Below, piece after piece: positions 1-10,179 of a stretch of 64,000 bases of DNA. A model generated the notes under the pieces. It had not been told where the DNA came from, did no database searches, and saw nothing but the letters and a program-made list of their open reading frames with translations. Each line of letters starts with the position of its first letter. Positions within the stretch are counted from its first letter, which is position 1. The translations under genes and the position numbers were made by a program. Source of the stretch: a virus; the IMG/VR virus record IMGVR_UViG_3300022562_001757, positions 18,654-82,653 of that record; one strand, written 5' to 3'.

Positions 1-41
1 GTGGTGCTGTTGCCATTCTTGGGGCTGCTGTCTTCCATCAT
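1..41 (-). CDS. 5' end of a gene running off the window (MMEDSSPKNGNSTT...)
   Basis: ATG at 41/38 just downstream of the 1749-aa gene, purine-rich upstream region, frame open to window edge. Confidence 0.4.
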   Translation of the reverse strand, partial: MMEDSSPKNGNST

Positions 42-85
42 AGTCTTCTTCTTTCGTGCGCCCTTTACCATCAGAGTCTCCTTGT

Positions 86-3000
86 CTACGTGTTCTTGAT
101 TACCGGCCGGTAGAGCGGCCAAAACGCGTCAATCGCGGTTCCATTGAGATTGTTGGGGGTGAACTCCGTTGCTGTAGGCCAATCCACTGCTTCTGGGCCG
201 GTCGGTCCACCAGACACCTGCAAGACCGCGCGGTGCCGATAGCCGTCACTGCCAGGATCGATCAGTGCTCCGAACCCAACATAGGCCAATGGCCCACCAT
301 GGTCAAGCTGGTGATACTGTCTGTTTGATGTCGCGAAGATAGACTCCCCAGGCATGTAGGGTACGCGCTCTGGAGGTGTGGCCGTCGCTTCAACTTGTAC
401 ATCTTCCAGGCCAAGTACCAAGTCCAGCTCAGTTCCAGATCCAGGAACGAAAAGCGGCATATTGTACCGCGTGGACGATGACCCGAGATACAAGCCACGA
501 CGAGAATGCGTAGCAGCCGAAATGAGCGTTTCCACATTGGTGATGGTAGAGGCACCCCAGCTCGGTGGATAGCCCGTCAGATGACCGCGTAGGCTGCTGT
601 GACCAAATGCGTGGCCACGTCGTTGACCTTGCTGATTGCGATCGATGCGCGACAAGCGCGAGCTGCTGCTGAAGGGAAGCCATAGGATATCGATAAATGG
701 CGCTGTCTCTTCTAGCGCTTGTACGTACGGAAACAGACCATTGCTGTAATAGTTTGACGGCTTGCTTTCGGCATACACCATGGTCCCGTAAATGTGGTTG
801 TCCGCCGATGCCACATCCAATAGCTGGTCAAGGAAAATGCTAGGTGCATATAGTCCATACGTTCTGTGTCTCTCGTAAGCCAAAAGGCTTCCAGGACATG
901 CTGCAAGAATAATGTCCGATGTGGCCCCGGGCACCAGAGTTACGTGGCTAGTGTTTTCTAGTGACGTACCTCCACTGACGAGGTAGTCATAAAGATTGCC
1001 AACAGGCGGTACATTTACGGTTGCTCCAGAGACTTTATCACGCATGCTAACACCCCAAGAAGCTGGTGTCTTGTCGATGCTAACACTCATTAAGAGTAGA
1101 TTGGCTTGGTCAAAGTCTCTCACAGGAAAATGATGTTTAAATGCTCCATGGGCCAATCCGCCCACCAAATCCCAAGAGCCGTCGTTGCTAGTGGAAAGCG
1201 TAGCGGCAAGCTGAATTGTAAAGTAGTTAGCCGGATCGACGTATGTGCTTTCCCGCTGTTGATGCGCTTCACCGCGGTCGACTAAGCGCGTCAAGCCGTT
1301 AATCCATTGGTTCATTTTTACTTTGGCGAAGCCGGAAAGTATGGTTGTGTATGTATTCATGTAGGCCGGAGCGTAGCTCCAGTAACCAGTGGATGCACCT
1401 TCACGACCGGGGTCCAGGTCAAACGCCATCGGAACGGCGTGGTAGGAGCCATGGATCATTAGCGTGTTATCGGGGAACGGAAGGCGCAGCAGCGCAGCCG
1501 CATTGGTGCCACCATTTTCCGCCTTCAAGGCAATCAAATCCTGCGTACCGGCGACAGCAGGCTTGACCAACGCCGTATCGTTGTAGTCCGCAAATCTACC
1601 GTCACCGAAAAAGGTGTATAGCGTATTGCCGTGCGGCACACGAACAGGATATCCGGTGTAGCTGTCCACACCTCCGAAGAACGATGTCGGTCCGCTCTGG
1701 GTGGCGAAGAAGTCCGAGTTGTCGATCACCACACCGTGCAGCATGCCCTTCATGATGGGGACTGCCGTACCCGGAACCGCTGCTACACCGCCATCGCTCG
1801 ACAGCCCTTGGTAAGGTGTGTACGTGTAGTGCACGATAAATTCATCTGTGATGGAGGCCGTAGGCGTGACGTGCTTCGGCGCGATAACCAGCGCGTACTG
1901 GTCGGCCACCGCCGAGATATCGACAGAAATCAAGTTGCTATAGCGGTATTCTGCTGCCACGAATCCCGTCTGCAATGTCCAATCGGTGGCCGGGACATTG
2001 CGGCGCCACACGAGCGGCATTTCCACCATGCCACCTGGCACTTCCGCATCTTGCCAGATGTCGTTGCTCAATACGATGGCGGTAGGGTTGATGGGGTCTG
2101 TAGCCGTGTCCAACGCTTCTTCGTGCCACGTGAAGAATGCACGAACGCTCTTGGCACCTCGGCCAACCTCAATCCACTGGTCGACATCATCGGTGCGGAA
2201 AAACACCATCACGTCTACATCACCAGTGTAGGGTGCTGTCAATGTGATGGTAATTTGATCCCGAGCATCCGTCATGACTGTCGAGGACACAATTCCCGCA
2301 GTCGTGCTGAAGCGCAGCCGATCAATGGCTGGACCGCATAATGTAAACGTCGTTCCCGATACACCAGATGCAGCTTGCACGTCGGCATCTGTAATGACGA
2401 TGCTTGCCGAGGCGGCCAACGTCTTCCGTACGATGGTGTACAGCGTACCGATGTTGAGGTCGACCGCTGGCCCGCCAATGTGGTTACGCTGCGCAGACCA
2501 AACTCGGTCGGGAATTTCTGCCAATCCGTAGTTGGCATTGAAGGGCGGAGTGATCGAGCGGTCATAGTGCACCCACCACGCCAAGCATGCCGTGCCAGAC
2601 GCCGCTGTAATGGTGAGCTGCATTTCGGTCGCGCGCCCTATCGCGTCGGATGCTGTCACCGTCCATTCTTCGTAGATATTGTGGATTCCAGCTACCACAC
2701 CCGTCGTCAAGTTGACTACGGTGCCACGCACGAACGATGGTGTTGTCGCATGGTCTTTACGCGTAGACCATAGCGGTGGACCCTTGAAGTCCATGTAGTT
2801 TACCGATGCCGAATTTCCATCCAGCATCATGGTAGACGGTAGTGCACGAAGAAGGTGCGCACCTGCTGGAGCGCGGATAATCAGTAGCTTGGTGCCGGCA
2901 TTGTAGTCGACCAAGTTTTCAACGTCCGCGTAATTCAGCGTGACGTCGAAGCTACGAGCTACTACATGAAATTCCCGTGCATCGCTCCAAATGCGGCGCA

Positions 3001-5335
3001 TATTGTCGCCATCAGGCAAAGCAAATGCAGAGCCAGGCGATGTCGTCGACACGTGGTCAGATTGCAGAATGCGGCTACCTGCTACAGTACCACCACTACC
3101 TGGACCAGCCCACTTGTTGGCCATTCTGGTACGCAGTTGACCCCGCATCATGCGGTCAATGGACTCATCGAGAATTTCTTGCCATGTGACATTTTCGTCG
3201 GCGAGCTGTCTAAGGTCCACAAGATCGTCAGGGTGAATTATGGTGGCAGCGGTTCGGTCGTCTACACGAGAAGCAGTAGAGCCATTCGGATTGCCAGCAT
3301 AGCTCCATGCACCCGTATTGCGCCGGTGAACGAGACAAATGGGCATGGCCCACTCATGCAGCAGCGGATGGATTCGGTCATCCGCGTCAATGGAAAGCGC
3401 ACGGCTCCACAGTCCACCATCGTGGTACGTGTCTGGCGTAAAGGAAGCATCCCCATGTAGCCAGCCGCTGGCAGTGAACGCAGCGTCTGTATCACGAATG
3501 TCTACACCACCAAGATTTTCCACTACGACTTCGTAGGTCACGTAGCCGCGCTTCCAGCCTTGGTCGCTCACATTAGGTGGCAGTGCAGGATGCACGCGAT
3601 CTGAGGGCACATAGGGCCGATGGCGCTCGCTTACCCAGCGATATGGAGCTGTGCTGCCTGGTACAGTGACTTCGTCGGCGTACAGCGTGATGTTCATCTT
3701 GAGATAGACGAATACACGCTCATAGCCCGCCCCTGGAGGTGCGCCCAAGTCAACCTCCACCGCCGGGTCAATCCAGTCCTCCAGACCGCGCATACGAATG
3801 TGCAGGCGCTCTCCTGTGGGCTTTAGCGCAATGGAATTGGCAGATGCACTGGCCTGGATGGGGAAGCTGCGTACATGGCTGATAAAGCCCGATGGCAGGT
3901 CGCCCGTCGAGGTGTCATGCGTTGTGGTTCCTGGCGTGAGGCGGAACTGAGTCTCCACCAAGCCACGCGCCGTGTTCGCCATGTCCGCCACCGGATAGAC
4001 GGGGAAGACAAAACGTGTTTCGCCGCGGAATACCCGGATGGCGTTGTTGATGGTGAAGTCTTCTGCCGTCGTACGGTGCACGACAAACAGCGGGATGGCC
4101 CAGCTCTTTCCATCGATGGGCGTGACGCCTGATGTCGCCATCCATACACGAGGGTCTGTGCCACCACCGGCCGGCGTAGAAAATGCTACGCCATCGACGT
4201 TCAGCGCCAAGCTCGCCACAGCATTGCTGCCGGGGGCGTACAACGCTGCTGTGGTAACATTTTCCACCGTAGCTAGGCGATACTTGGTCACGACCCAGTC
4301 ATGACTGCGCGCTTCGATTTCCGGCAGGTCGAAGTTGTTGCCAGCCAATCCCGGTGTCCATGCAACGGTAGCGCCTTGTGTGTCTACTTGGTCTATGTCG
4401 TAGGTTGCTGCACCATTGGGATTTCGCGGGTAGGGGAATGTCTGCGGGCTGACAACCTGTTCGCGCCACACTTCCAGGAAGATGAGGTCGTAGCGGTTTC
4501 CCTTCGCCGCCATCGATATCTCTTGCGCGTGTACTTGGACATAGAGCCCATTGACGTACGCAGTGAATGCGTCGAAGGCAATGCGGTCCGCGATGTTGGG
4601 CTCTTCAATGATACCGATTTCTAGCGTCGAGCTGAGGTCTTTACCAACGGTCCAGCGGTCGCCAGAAATGATTCCGGATCCCTCGACATGGCGCCGTAGT
4701 TCTTCCTGTACCAGCGTATCGTTGTAGAGGCTGACTTCGGAGTTGAAGCTGCCAGTATTTAGTGCGTTCCACGCCACACCATCCCAAAAGTAGAACGTGC
4801 TATCGGCATCGACGAAGTAGAAGTCACCTGTACGGTTGGTGGGGCTGGGCGGTACTGGCAGTGCTGCTGCATTGGGCACGGTACCGCGGAAAAGACTGCG
4901 CCGTAATGGATCAATTTCATCGCGCTCGACGAAGCTGATGTTCGCTGACACGACCGACACAGCGGCCGGAGGCACCGCAACCTTGCACAGGACGATGTAG
5001 TAGTCCTTTTCCGGGTCGGCATTGAATACCGACTCTTCCAGCACACCGAATTGTAGTGGCGCGACGGCCGGACTTCCCAGAGCGTTGTACTTCGCTTTGA
5101 CAAAGCACACGTTGGTCTGGTTATCCACAACCGTCAAAATTTGCGAAGCATCGCTCGTGATGGTCATGCCGTCGTACGACATGGCAATGAACGGGCTTAC
5201 TACGACGGTAAGACCGGCGCCCGGAACGACACCTCCACCCCAGTAGACGCCGCGCTGCACGAGCTGCCGGGTCCGGTCATTGAGATCCGACGTGCGGTCG
5301 GGGTTTCGCCATACGAAAGATGCTTTGAGCGTCAT
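86..5335 (-). CDS. large baseplate/tail-fibre-associated structural protein (1749 aa)
   Basis: Long ORF at the end of the baseplate cluster; RYDLIFLEVWRE motif and a twice-occurring WA(I/M)P(L/I)xxVHR motif that I associate with myovirus baseplate-fibre proteins. Confidence 0.7.
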   Translation of the reverse strand: MTLKASFVWRNPDRTSDLNDRTRQLVQRGVYWGGGVVPGAGLTVVVSPFIAMSYDGMTITSDASQILTVVDNQTNVCFVKAKYNALGSPAVAPLQFGVLEESVFNADPEKDYYIVLCKVAVPPAAVSVVSANISFVERDEIDPLRRSLFRGTVPNAAALPVPPSPTNRTGDFYFVDADSTFYFWDGVAWNALNTGSFNSEVSLYNDTLVQEELRRHVEGSGIISGDRWTVGKDLSSTLEIGIIEEPNIADRIAFDAFTAYVNGLYVQVHAQEISMAAKGNRYDLIFLEVWREQVVSPQTFPYPRNPNGAATYDIDQVDTQGATVAWTPGLAGNNFDLPEIEARSHDWVVTKYRLATVENVTTAALYAPGSNAVASLALNVDGVAFSTPAGGGTDPRVWMATSGVTPIDGKSWAIPLFVVHRTTAEDFTINNAIRVFRGETRFVFPVYPVADMANTARGLVETQFRLTPGTTTHDTSTGDLPSGFISHVRSFPIQASASANSIALKPTGERLHIRMRGLEDWIDPAVEVDLGAPPGAGYERVFVYLKMNITLYADEVTVPGSTAPYRWVSERHRPYVPSDRVHPALPPNVSDQGWKRGYVTYEVVVENLGGVDIRDTDAAFTASGWLHGDASFTPDTYHDGGLWSRALSIDADDRIHPLLHEWAMPICLVHRRNTGAWSYAGNPNGSTASRVDDRTAATIIHPDDLVDLRQLADENVTWQEILDESIDRMMRGQLRTRMANKWAGPGSGGTVAGSRILQSDHVSTTSPGSAFALPDGDNMRRIWSDAREFHVVARSFDVTLNYADVENLVDYNAGTKLLIIRAPAGAHLLRALPSTMMLDGNSASVNYMDFKGPPLWSTRKDHATTPSFVRGTVVNLTTGVVAGIHNIYEEWTVTASDAIGRATEMQLTITAASGTACLAWWVHYDRSITPPFNANYGLAEIPDRVWSAQRNHIGGPAVDLNIGTLYTIVRKTLAASASIVITDADVQAASGVSGTTFTLCGPAIDRLRFSTTAGIVSSTVMTDARDQITITLTAPYTGDVDVMVFFRTDDVDQWIEVGRGAKSVRAFFTWHEEALDTATDPINPTAIVLSNDIWQDAEVPGGMVEMPLVWRRNVPATDWTLQTGFVAAEYRYSNLISVDISAVADQYALVIAPKHVTPTASITDEFIVHYTYTPYQGLSSDGGVAAVPGTAVPIMKGMLHGVVIDNSDFFATQSGPTSFFGGVDSYTGYPVRVPHGNTLYTFFGDGRFADYNDTALVKPAVAGTQDLIALKAENGGTNAAALLRLPFPDNTLMIHGSYHAVPMAFDLDPGREGASTGYWSYAPAYMNTYTTILSGFAKVKMNQWINGLTRLVDRGEAHQQRESTYVDPANYFTIQLAATLSTSNDGSWDLVGGLAHGAFKHHFPVRDFDQANLLLMSVSIDKTPASWGVSMRDKVSGATVNVPPVGNLYDYLVSGGTSLENTSHVTLVPGATSDIILAACPGSLLAYERHRTYGLYAPSIFLDQLLDVASADNHIYGTMVYAESKPSNYYSNGLFPYVQALEETAPFIDILWLPFSSSSRLSRIDRNQQGQRRGHAFGHSSLRGHLTGYPPSWGASTITNVETLISAATHSRRGLYLGSSSTRYNMPLFVPGSGTELDLVLGLEDVQVEATATPPERVPYMPGESIFATSNRQYHQLDHGGPLAYVGFGALIDPGSDGYRHRAVLQVSGGPTGPEAVDWPTATEFTPNNLNGTAIDAFWPLYRPVIKNT

Positions 5336-5362
5336 CGCGCTACCTCGCTATGGCCAAGAGGC

Positions 5363-5803
5363 TCAGAAGAAGACTTGGAGACGGAACGTGATGTCGTCCG
5401 TTCCGGTCAAAATTAGAAGTGGACGATTGTACACTGCGAAAAGAAAAGATGTACCAATCTCTCCTGGATTTGCCACCGAGTCCACAATTTCCGCAAATAG
5501 AGCCACCGTACTGATCCCTCCGGTGACTTCTCCTTGCGCAATCGAGCAGACATATACCGGACAGTCGTCGGCCACCAATTCATAAGCGTCGATAGGCTCG
5601 GGGCCGAAAATCGGTGGCGCTCCCGGCATGGTGGTCGCTGATGGATCTGGTGTCAGCGCCGTAGTCGGATCATTTGGATCATGCCCACCAGCAGACACCG
5701 CAAATGTTTTCACACGGTAGCACGTTCCGATATTTGGATTCCAGACTTCTGCCATGCGCCGCTTGGCTTCGTTTGTCAGAACGGCTAGTGCTTCAAAGGC
5801 CAT
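5363..5803 (-). CDS. baseplate/tail-collar-type structural protein (146 aa)
   Basis: AVLTNEAKRRMAE start and ISTVALFA...LFAVYNRP...ITFRLQVFF end resemble tail-collar/wedge small proteins; synteny. Confidence 0.6.
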   Translation of the reverse strand: MAFEALAVLTNEAKRRMAEVWNPNIGTCYRVKTFAVSAGGHDPNDPTTALTPDPSATTMPGAPPIFGPEPIDAYELVADDCPVYVCSIAQGEVTGGISTVALFAEIVDSVANPGEIGTSFLFAVYNRPLLILTGTDDITFRLQVFF

Positions 5804-5804
5804 G

Positions 5805-5960
5805 TTAGGCTCCCATGCGCGGCTTGATGATGGTCAAATACACGCGCTTAGCCAAATCCGAAACTACCGCATTTTCATCAGCCATGAGCTGCACCAGCTC
5901 AGCATATAGTTGCGGATTGTCACGTTGTATATTGGCCAGGTCTTCTTCAGTGATGGGCAT
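5805..5960 (-). CDS. small hypothetical protein (51 aa, MPITEEDLANIQRDNPQ...)
   Basis: Not in ORF track; ATG overlaps the TAA of the upstream gene (TAATG) and the ORF fills the gap exactly. Confidence 0.7.
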   Translation of the reverse strand: MPITEEDLANIQRDNPQLYAELVQLMADENAVVSDLAKRVYLTIIKPRMGA

Positions 5961-8482
5961 TAAGTTGCCTTCAGGTACGCTTTGTAGATGTAGACATTGG
6001 GAGGTCCGATGGGGGCCCCCAACGAGTCATAGGTGATGCGAACACGCCACACTTCAGGCTCCGCAGTTACGGTGATATTCGTCATCACGGCAATGCGGTC
6101 GCGCGTTGCACTGTCTGGCAGCGTGACGGTGGTGGGCGCTGCTTGCCAACTCGAAAGCCCTTCGTTCCAATAATAGAAATCGTGGAGCCGTTGCAAAGCT
6201 ACTTTGACACGCGTGTTGGTATCGCTGTTCTTGTAGTCTACGGTCAGGTGGTAAATTAGGTCGACTGGGAACAGAATGTCATATTCCCACGTATCGCCAC
6301 GATATGTGCCGTCATGGCCACCGTAGACGATAAGGCGCTTTTGCACTTCATGGTAGGCAACTTGTGGATGTGTTCTGGGTGGCGGCTTCTGTACAGGCAT
6401 GCGCTGTACCCAGTCAACACCATCCCAATCCCACAAATCATTGTAGTAAGTTGGGCCAATATAGTCAAAGCCGCCAAATAGCAGCGACGTATTGGTATCG
6501 GGACAAAAATCCATGCCGGCTTGCTCACGAATTGGAGGTGTGTGTGCCGGGAAAATCTGCGTCCACGTTAGCCCATCATATTCCCAAGTGTCATTCTGGT
6601 CGAAACCTGCCACATAACCACCGAACAAGACTGTGCGATCCCGTACTGGATCGTACGTCATCGTAGTGCCTTCACGCGCTGGTGGCGAACTGGCAGGAAA
6701 TTGCTGTGTCCAATCTACGCCGTCATAAAGCCATGTCTCATTATTGTCCGTAAAACTGGTGTCAGTTCCACCGAACATGAGGACTTTTTTCTGCTGACGG
6801 TCATAGGCCATATCATGCCAAAAACGAATAGAAGGCAGAGTGGCGGTAACGACTTGTGTCCAATCAATGCCGTCGTATTCCCAAGTATCATTCAATGCAG
6901 TAATGGCACTATCCAGTCCGCCGAACAACACCATGACTTTTCGATCACGGTCATACGCCATGCGAGACAAGGACCGCATTGATGGCATGGTGGCTGTAGG
7001 AACGGGATACCATTTCGTGCCGTCGTATTCCCAAGTCGTGTCTTGGTAAAGTCCACCTGTGTACAGACCACCAAAAACGACTACGACACCGCGATCGGAA
7101 TCATAGGCAACGGCAGATGCATGCTGCGGGCGTTCGGTATAGCTGTAGTCCTCGATCGGGATCCAGCCAGTGTCGCGAATTTGAGCATACTGCTCCACCA
7201 ACGCCGTCGCCAGCGAATCGTCTACGTCAAGCCGCGCACAGGCTCGACTTTGCCCAATTGGAAGGTCCATCGGAATTGCCGGAAGCGGTCGCTGTATATC
7301 GGCGTCTGTGGTGTCGTGCACAACATCATTGGTGGACGTTGCACGGGAATACCAAGATCGAATCCCTTCACCGTGCTTGTTCACGGTGTTCCACACCACG
7401 TAGTCGATATCCACGTTGGTGTTGTCGCTGTTGGGCGCGGCGCCACCGACGCCAAAGTAATTTTCCGAACTGGCTGTGGTGGGGAACAAGTTGTAAAACG
7501 TATCCAACAATGGCGTTGGACTGTAGTCTACAAATACCTGTACGCGACCTCGATATTGCGCATCATCATCTCGATCGATGCGCAACCGGAAATGCCGGTC
7601 AACAGCCACCATTGGAAGTGCAGCACTCACTAGATACGTTGCAAGGTTGTCGAGTCCGCTCGCTCCACCTGTCAAGCCAACGTATGTTTGTCCTCCACTG
7701 ACGACTACGTTTAGGGCAACGTCGCGTACCCCGTCACTTCGACCGAAGATGGTGCAGGCCAGTTTCGGACCTACAGGAATGGTGTTGAGGGTGAGACGTA
7801 CTTCAGCATCAGTCACATGTCGTCGATCTAGCGCGGCGTCAGCCAATGTGAAGTACACGGTGTCGATATTATCGCTGTCGGCCAGATTGAGAAAATTGCC
7901 GATCAACGCCGAGCTTTGCGCACCGACTTTTGTCCACTGCAAGTCGCCCAGCACAGCATCCGGTGTTGCACCATCATAGGGGTCATAGATATACGGTGTA
8001 TCCGCGTATTCTACTTCAAGCCACGCTTCCGCGACTTCGATTTGCCCGGACGCTGGCGCTGCCGTGACCTCGAAACCAATACCCAAGCACGACGCTCCTG
8101 CTGCCGTGTAGCGCGCTGTAGACGTCCGCCAATCCTCGCGAAGTCGGTAGACCACGTCCACGTAGCTATTTGTATTGAGGACTACAATTCCGGCGTCATA
8201 GCGGTCGACCGTGTTGCGCCGGAGGTACACCGTTACCTGCGTCCCGATCAACGCCACCGTTTGGCGTAGCCGGATGTGCAAGGAGATGCCCATCACACGG
8301 CCCCAGATAGGCTGATAGCCGCTTCCGCAGAAGAGCGAGACCTTCGCCCCGAGGGTGTTGCTGTACACCGCTGGAGGGGCTCCTGAGCCGCGTCGCACGG
8401 CCTCCCACCTAGCCACGCCGCCAAGGACGCCCCAGTCCGTATCGGGTCCATCCTCAATTATATCCAGGATTACACGTGGCAT
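5960..8482 (-). CDS. virion protein with C-terminal Kelch-like beta-propeller (840 aa)
   Basis: About six repeats of AYD...VLFGG...DTWEYDG..W between about 6280 and 7130. Confidence 0.85.
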   Translation of the reverse strand: MPRVILDIIEDGPDTDWGVLGGVARWEAVRRGSGAPPAVYSNTLGAKVSLFCGSGYQPIWGRVMGISLHIRLRQTVALIGTQVTVYLRRNTVDRYDAGIVVLNTNSYVDVVYRLREDWRTSTARYTAAGASCLGIGFEVTAAPASGQIEVAEAWLEVEYADTPYIYDPYDGATPDAVLGDLQWTKVGAQSSALIGNFLNLADSDNIDTVYFTLADAALDRRHVTDAEVRLTLNTIPVGPKLACTIFGRSDGVRDVALNVVVSGGQTYVGLTGGASGLDNLATYLVSAALPMVAVDRHFRLRIDRDDDAQYRGRVQVFVDYSPTPLLDTFYNLFPTTASSENYFGVGGAAPNSDNTNVDIDYVVWNTVNKHGEGIRSWYSRATSTNDVVHDTTDADIQRPLPAIPMDLPIGQSRACARLDVDDSLATALVEQYAQIRDTGWIPIEDYSYTERPQHASAVAYDSDRGVVVVFGGLYTGGLYQDTTWEYDGTKWYPVPTATMPSMRSLSRMAYDRDRKVMVLFGGLDSAITALNDTWEYDGIDWTQVVTATLPSIRFWHDMAYDRQQKKVLMFGGTDTSFTDNNETWLYDGVDWTQQFPASSPPAREGTTMTYDPVRDRTVLFGGYVAGFDQNDTWEYDGLTWTQIFPAHTPPIREQAGMDFCPDTNTSLLFGGFDYIGPTYYNDLWDWDGVDWVQRMPVQKPPPRTHPQVAYHEVQKRLIVYGGHDGTYRGDTWEYDILFPVDLIYHLTVDYKNSDTNTRVKVALQRLHDFYYWNEGLSSWQAAPTTVTLPDSATRDRIAVMTNITVTAEPEVWRVRITYDSLGAPIGPPNVYIYKAYLKAT

Positions 8483-8484
8483 GA

Positions 8485-10179
8485 CTACAGATCGAAGTAT
8501 GGGTTCTCAAGCAACCCGGGGTCATCGCCGCCAAAAAGCGGATTCGGTGGTGTCACCAAGCTCAACGCAGATTCTTCAAGGGCCAATGTGCTGAGCAGAA
8601 TCACATCGGGGCCCATTTCACAGCACGACGCCTCCGCAGGAATTTGCACAATCGGCGTGTATGAATCGAGACAGTTTCCATAGTCGAAACGTTTCGTCGT
8701 ACTCGTGCCAACCCAGTAGTCCGTCAGCAAATCCACATCGTACACACTATCAAAGTGGCCGGTGACGGTGTGCAGATTGAACTGAGCTTTCAGATTATTC
8801 AGCAGCGACAAGCTCGTCGGCACATCGACCACCGTAACAGCCGCCAATGGATGCAAGTCATCGGTTGGGACGTGCATTGCTGCGTCATTAACGTGGTTCG
8901 TGTACTGCTGCTGAGCGTCTTGCGCAAACGCCACAAGCGACGCGACGTCAAAGGGAATGGGTGCCGTAATTTGATGACTACCACCAATGACGTAGTGCCA
9001 TGTCGGCGTTGGGTCCGCATCGTGCGCGTTGAAGTCTGCAAGAATTTCTGTCGCCAGAGGAATGGCTGTCGCCAAACCCACTGCGTCAGCTGTCAAAACA
9101 GCGTTGGTCTCATCAGGCTGAATGTGTGTGCCGGTATCGAATACCCCGCCTGCATCGAAAAATTCTCCGCCGATGCCGGGCGATTCTACCTGTTCATCGA
9201 ACGGGCTTGCCCATGCGCAAAGTACAAAGGAATTGGTGATGCTCACAGTACCCGCAACATCAATGCGGTCCATGCAGCCGAGGAATTCAATCAGCGAAAG
9301 TACATCGCATCCAGGACCTAGGTTGTCAGTACGATTACCAATGACGTCAATCGACCCAAAGCGATGTTGCTCGTATTTCTCTTCACCAGTGTATTGAATG
9401 GTGACGACTTGCTCACTCATCCGACGGATGGTGTAGAAGTCGACGTTGTTCATAATGGTGATGAACGCCAGCCAATGATTCAGGCAAAGGTTCGGCAACC
9501 AGATATGCATGTCGTACCCGAGGTCGTCATGCCCACTGGTCTGCGGCTGGTACAGGTCTGGCTGCCACAGCTCCGGATTTACCGGCGCCGTGATGACGGG
9601 TGTAGATTGGGAAAATCCGGTCACCAAGTCCGTCACGCCACCTTGGAGCCCGCTCTCGTTATAGAGGCAGTTGGCGATGAACTTCACCGCCATCGACCTC
9701 CAGCTGCGAACCTCTGGAAGCTCTCGCTGCCAGGGCATTTGGTACTCGGCGATGAAGCTGGCCCACGGGCTCCTGATGAGGTTCAGGAACTTTTCGTTCT
9801 GGTAGCCCGCCATCTCGTACAGCGACTTTGCGTAGACGTACATGTACTTCGCAATGTGCGTCGCTGCGATAGACAGATGCACCGGTGGATCGATGCGGTT
9901 GGTTACCAAAATGAAATTGATCGCTGGAGGGTGCAGCAGCGGGATTTTTACGCGGTCCAGCTGTGCGCGCGGACGGTGACGAAGTACCAGTTTGTTATTG
10001 ACGTAAATGTCAACTGTGGCGTCGAGGCTGTCCGTTGCGAGTAGAAATTCGGTAGAAAGGTTCGTCCTCGGCGTCATCTGCGCGGATTGCAGGTAGAACT
10101 GTCCCGCCGGGATAGCGTCCTGCATGTCCTCGAAGATGGAGTCCCACGGAACCGGGGACAAGATGAAGTCGAGCGCCAC
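8485..10179 (-). CDS. baseplate wedge-associated protein with His-rich helical insert (564 aa)
   Basis: Directly downstream of the baseplate J-like gene; His-repeat segment shared with the sheath. Confidence 0.65.
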   Translation of the reverse strand: MALDFILSPVPWDSIFEDMQDAIPAGQFYLQSAQMTPRTNLSTEFLLATDSLDATVDIYVNNKLVLRHRPRAQLDRVKIPLLHPPAINFILVTNRIDPPVHLSIAATHIAKYMYVYAKSLYEMAGYQNEKFLNLIRSPWASFIAEYQMPWQRELPEVRSWRSMAVKFIANCLYNESGLQGGVTDLVTGFSQSTPVITAPVNPELWQPDLYQPQTSGHDDLGYDMHIWLPNLCLNHWLAFITIMNNVDFYTIRRMSEQVVTIQYTGEEKYEQHRFGSIDVIGNRTDNLGPGCDVLSLIEFLGCMDRIDVAGTVSITNSFVLCAWASPFDEQVESPGIGGEFFDAGGVFDTGTHIQPDETNAVLTADAVGLATAIPLATEILADFNAHDADPTPTWHYVIGGSHQITAPIPFDVASLVAFAQDAQQQYTNHVNDAAMHVPTDDLHPLAAVTVVDVPTSLSLLNNLKAQFNLHTVTGHFDSVYDVDLLTDYWVGTSTTKRFDYGNCLDSYTPIVQIPAEASCCEMGPDVILLSTLALEESALSLVTPPNPLFGGDDPGLLENPYFDL

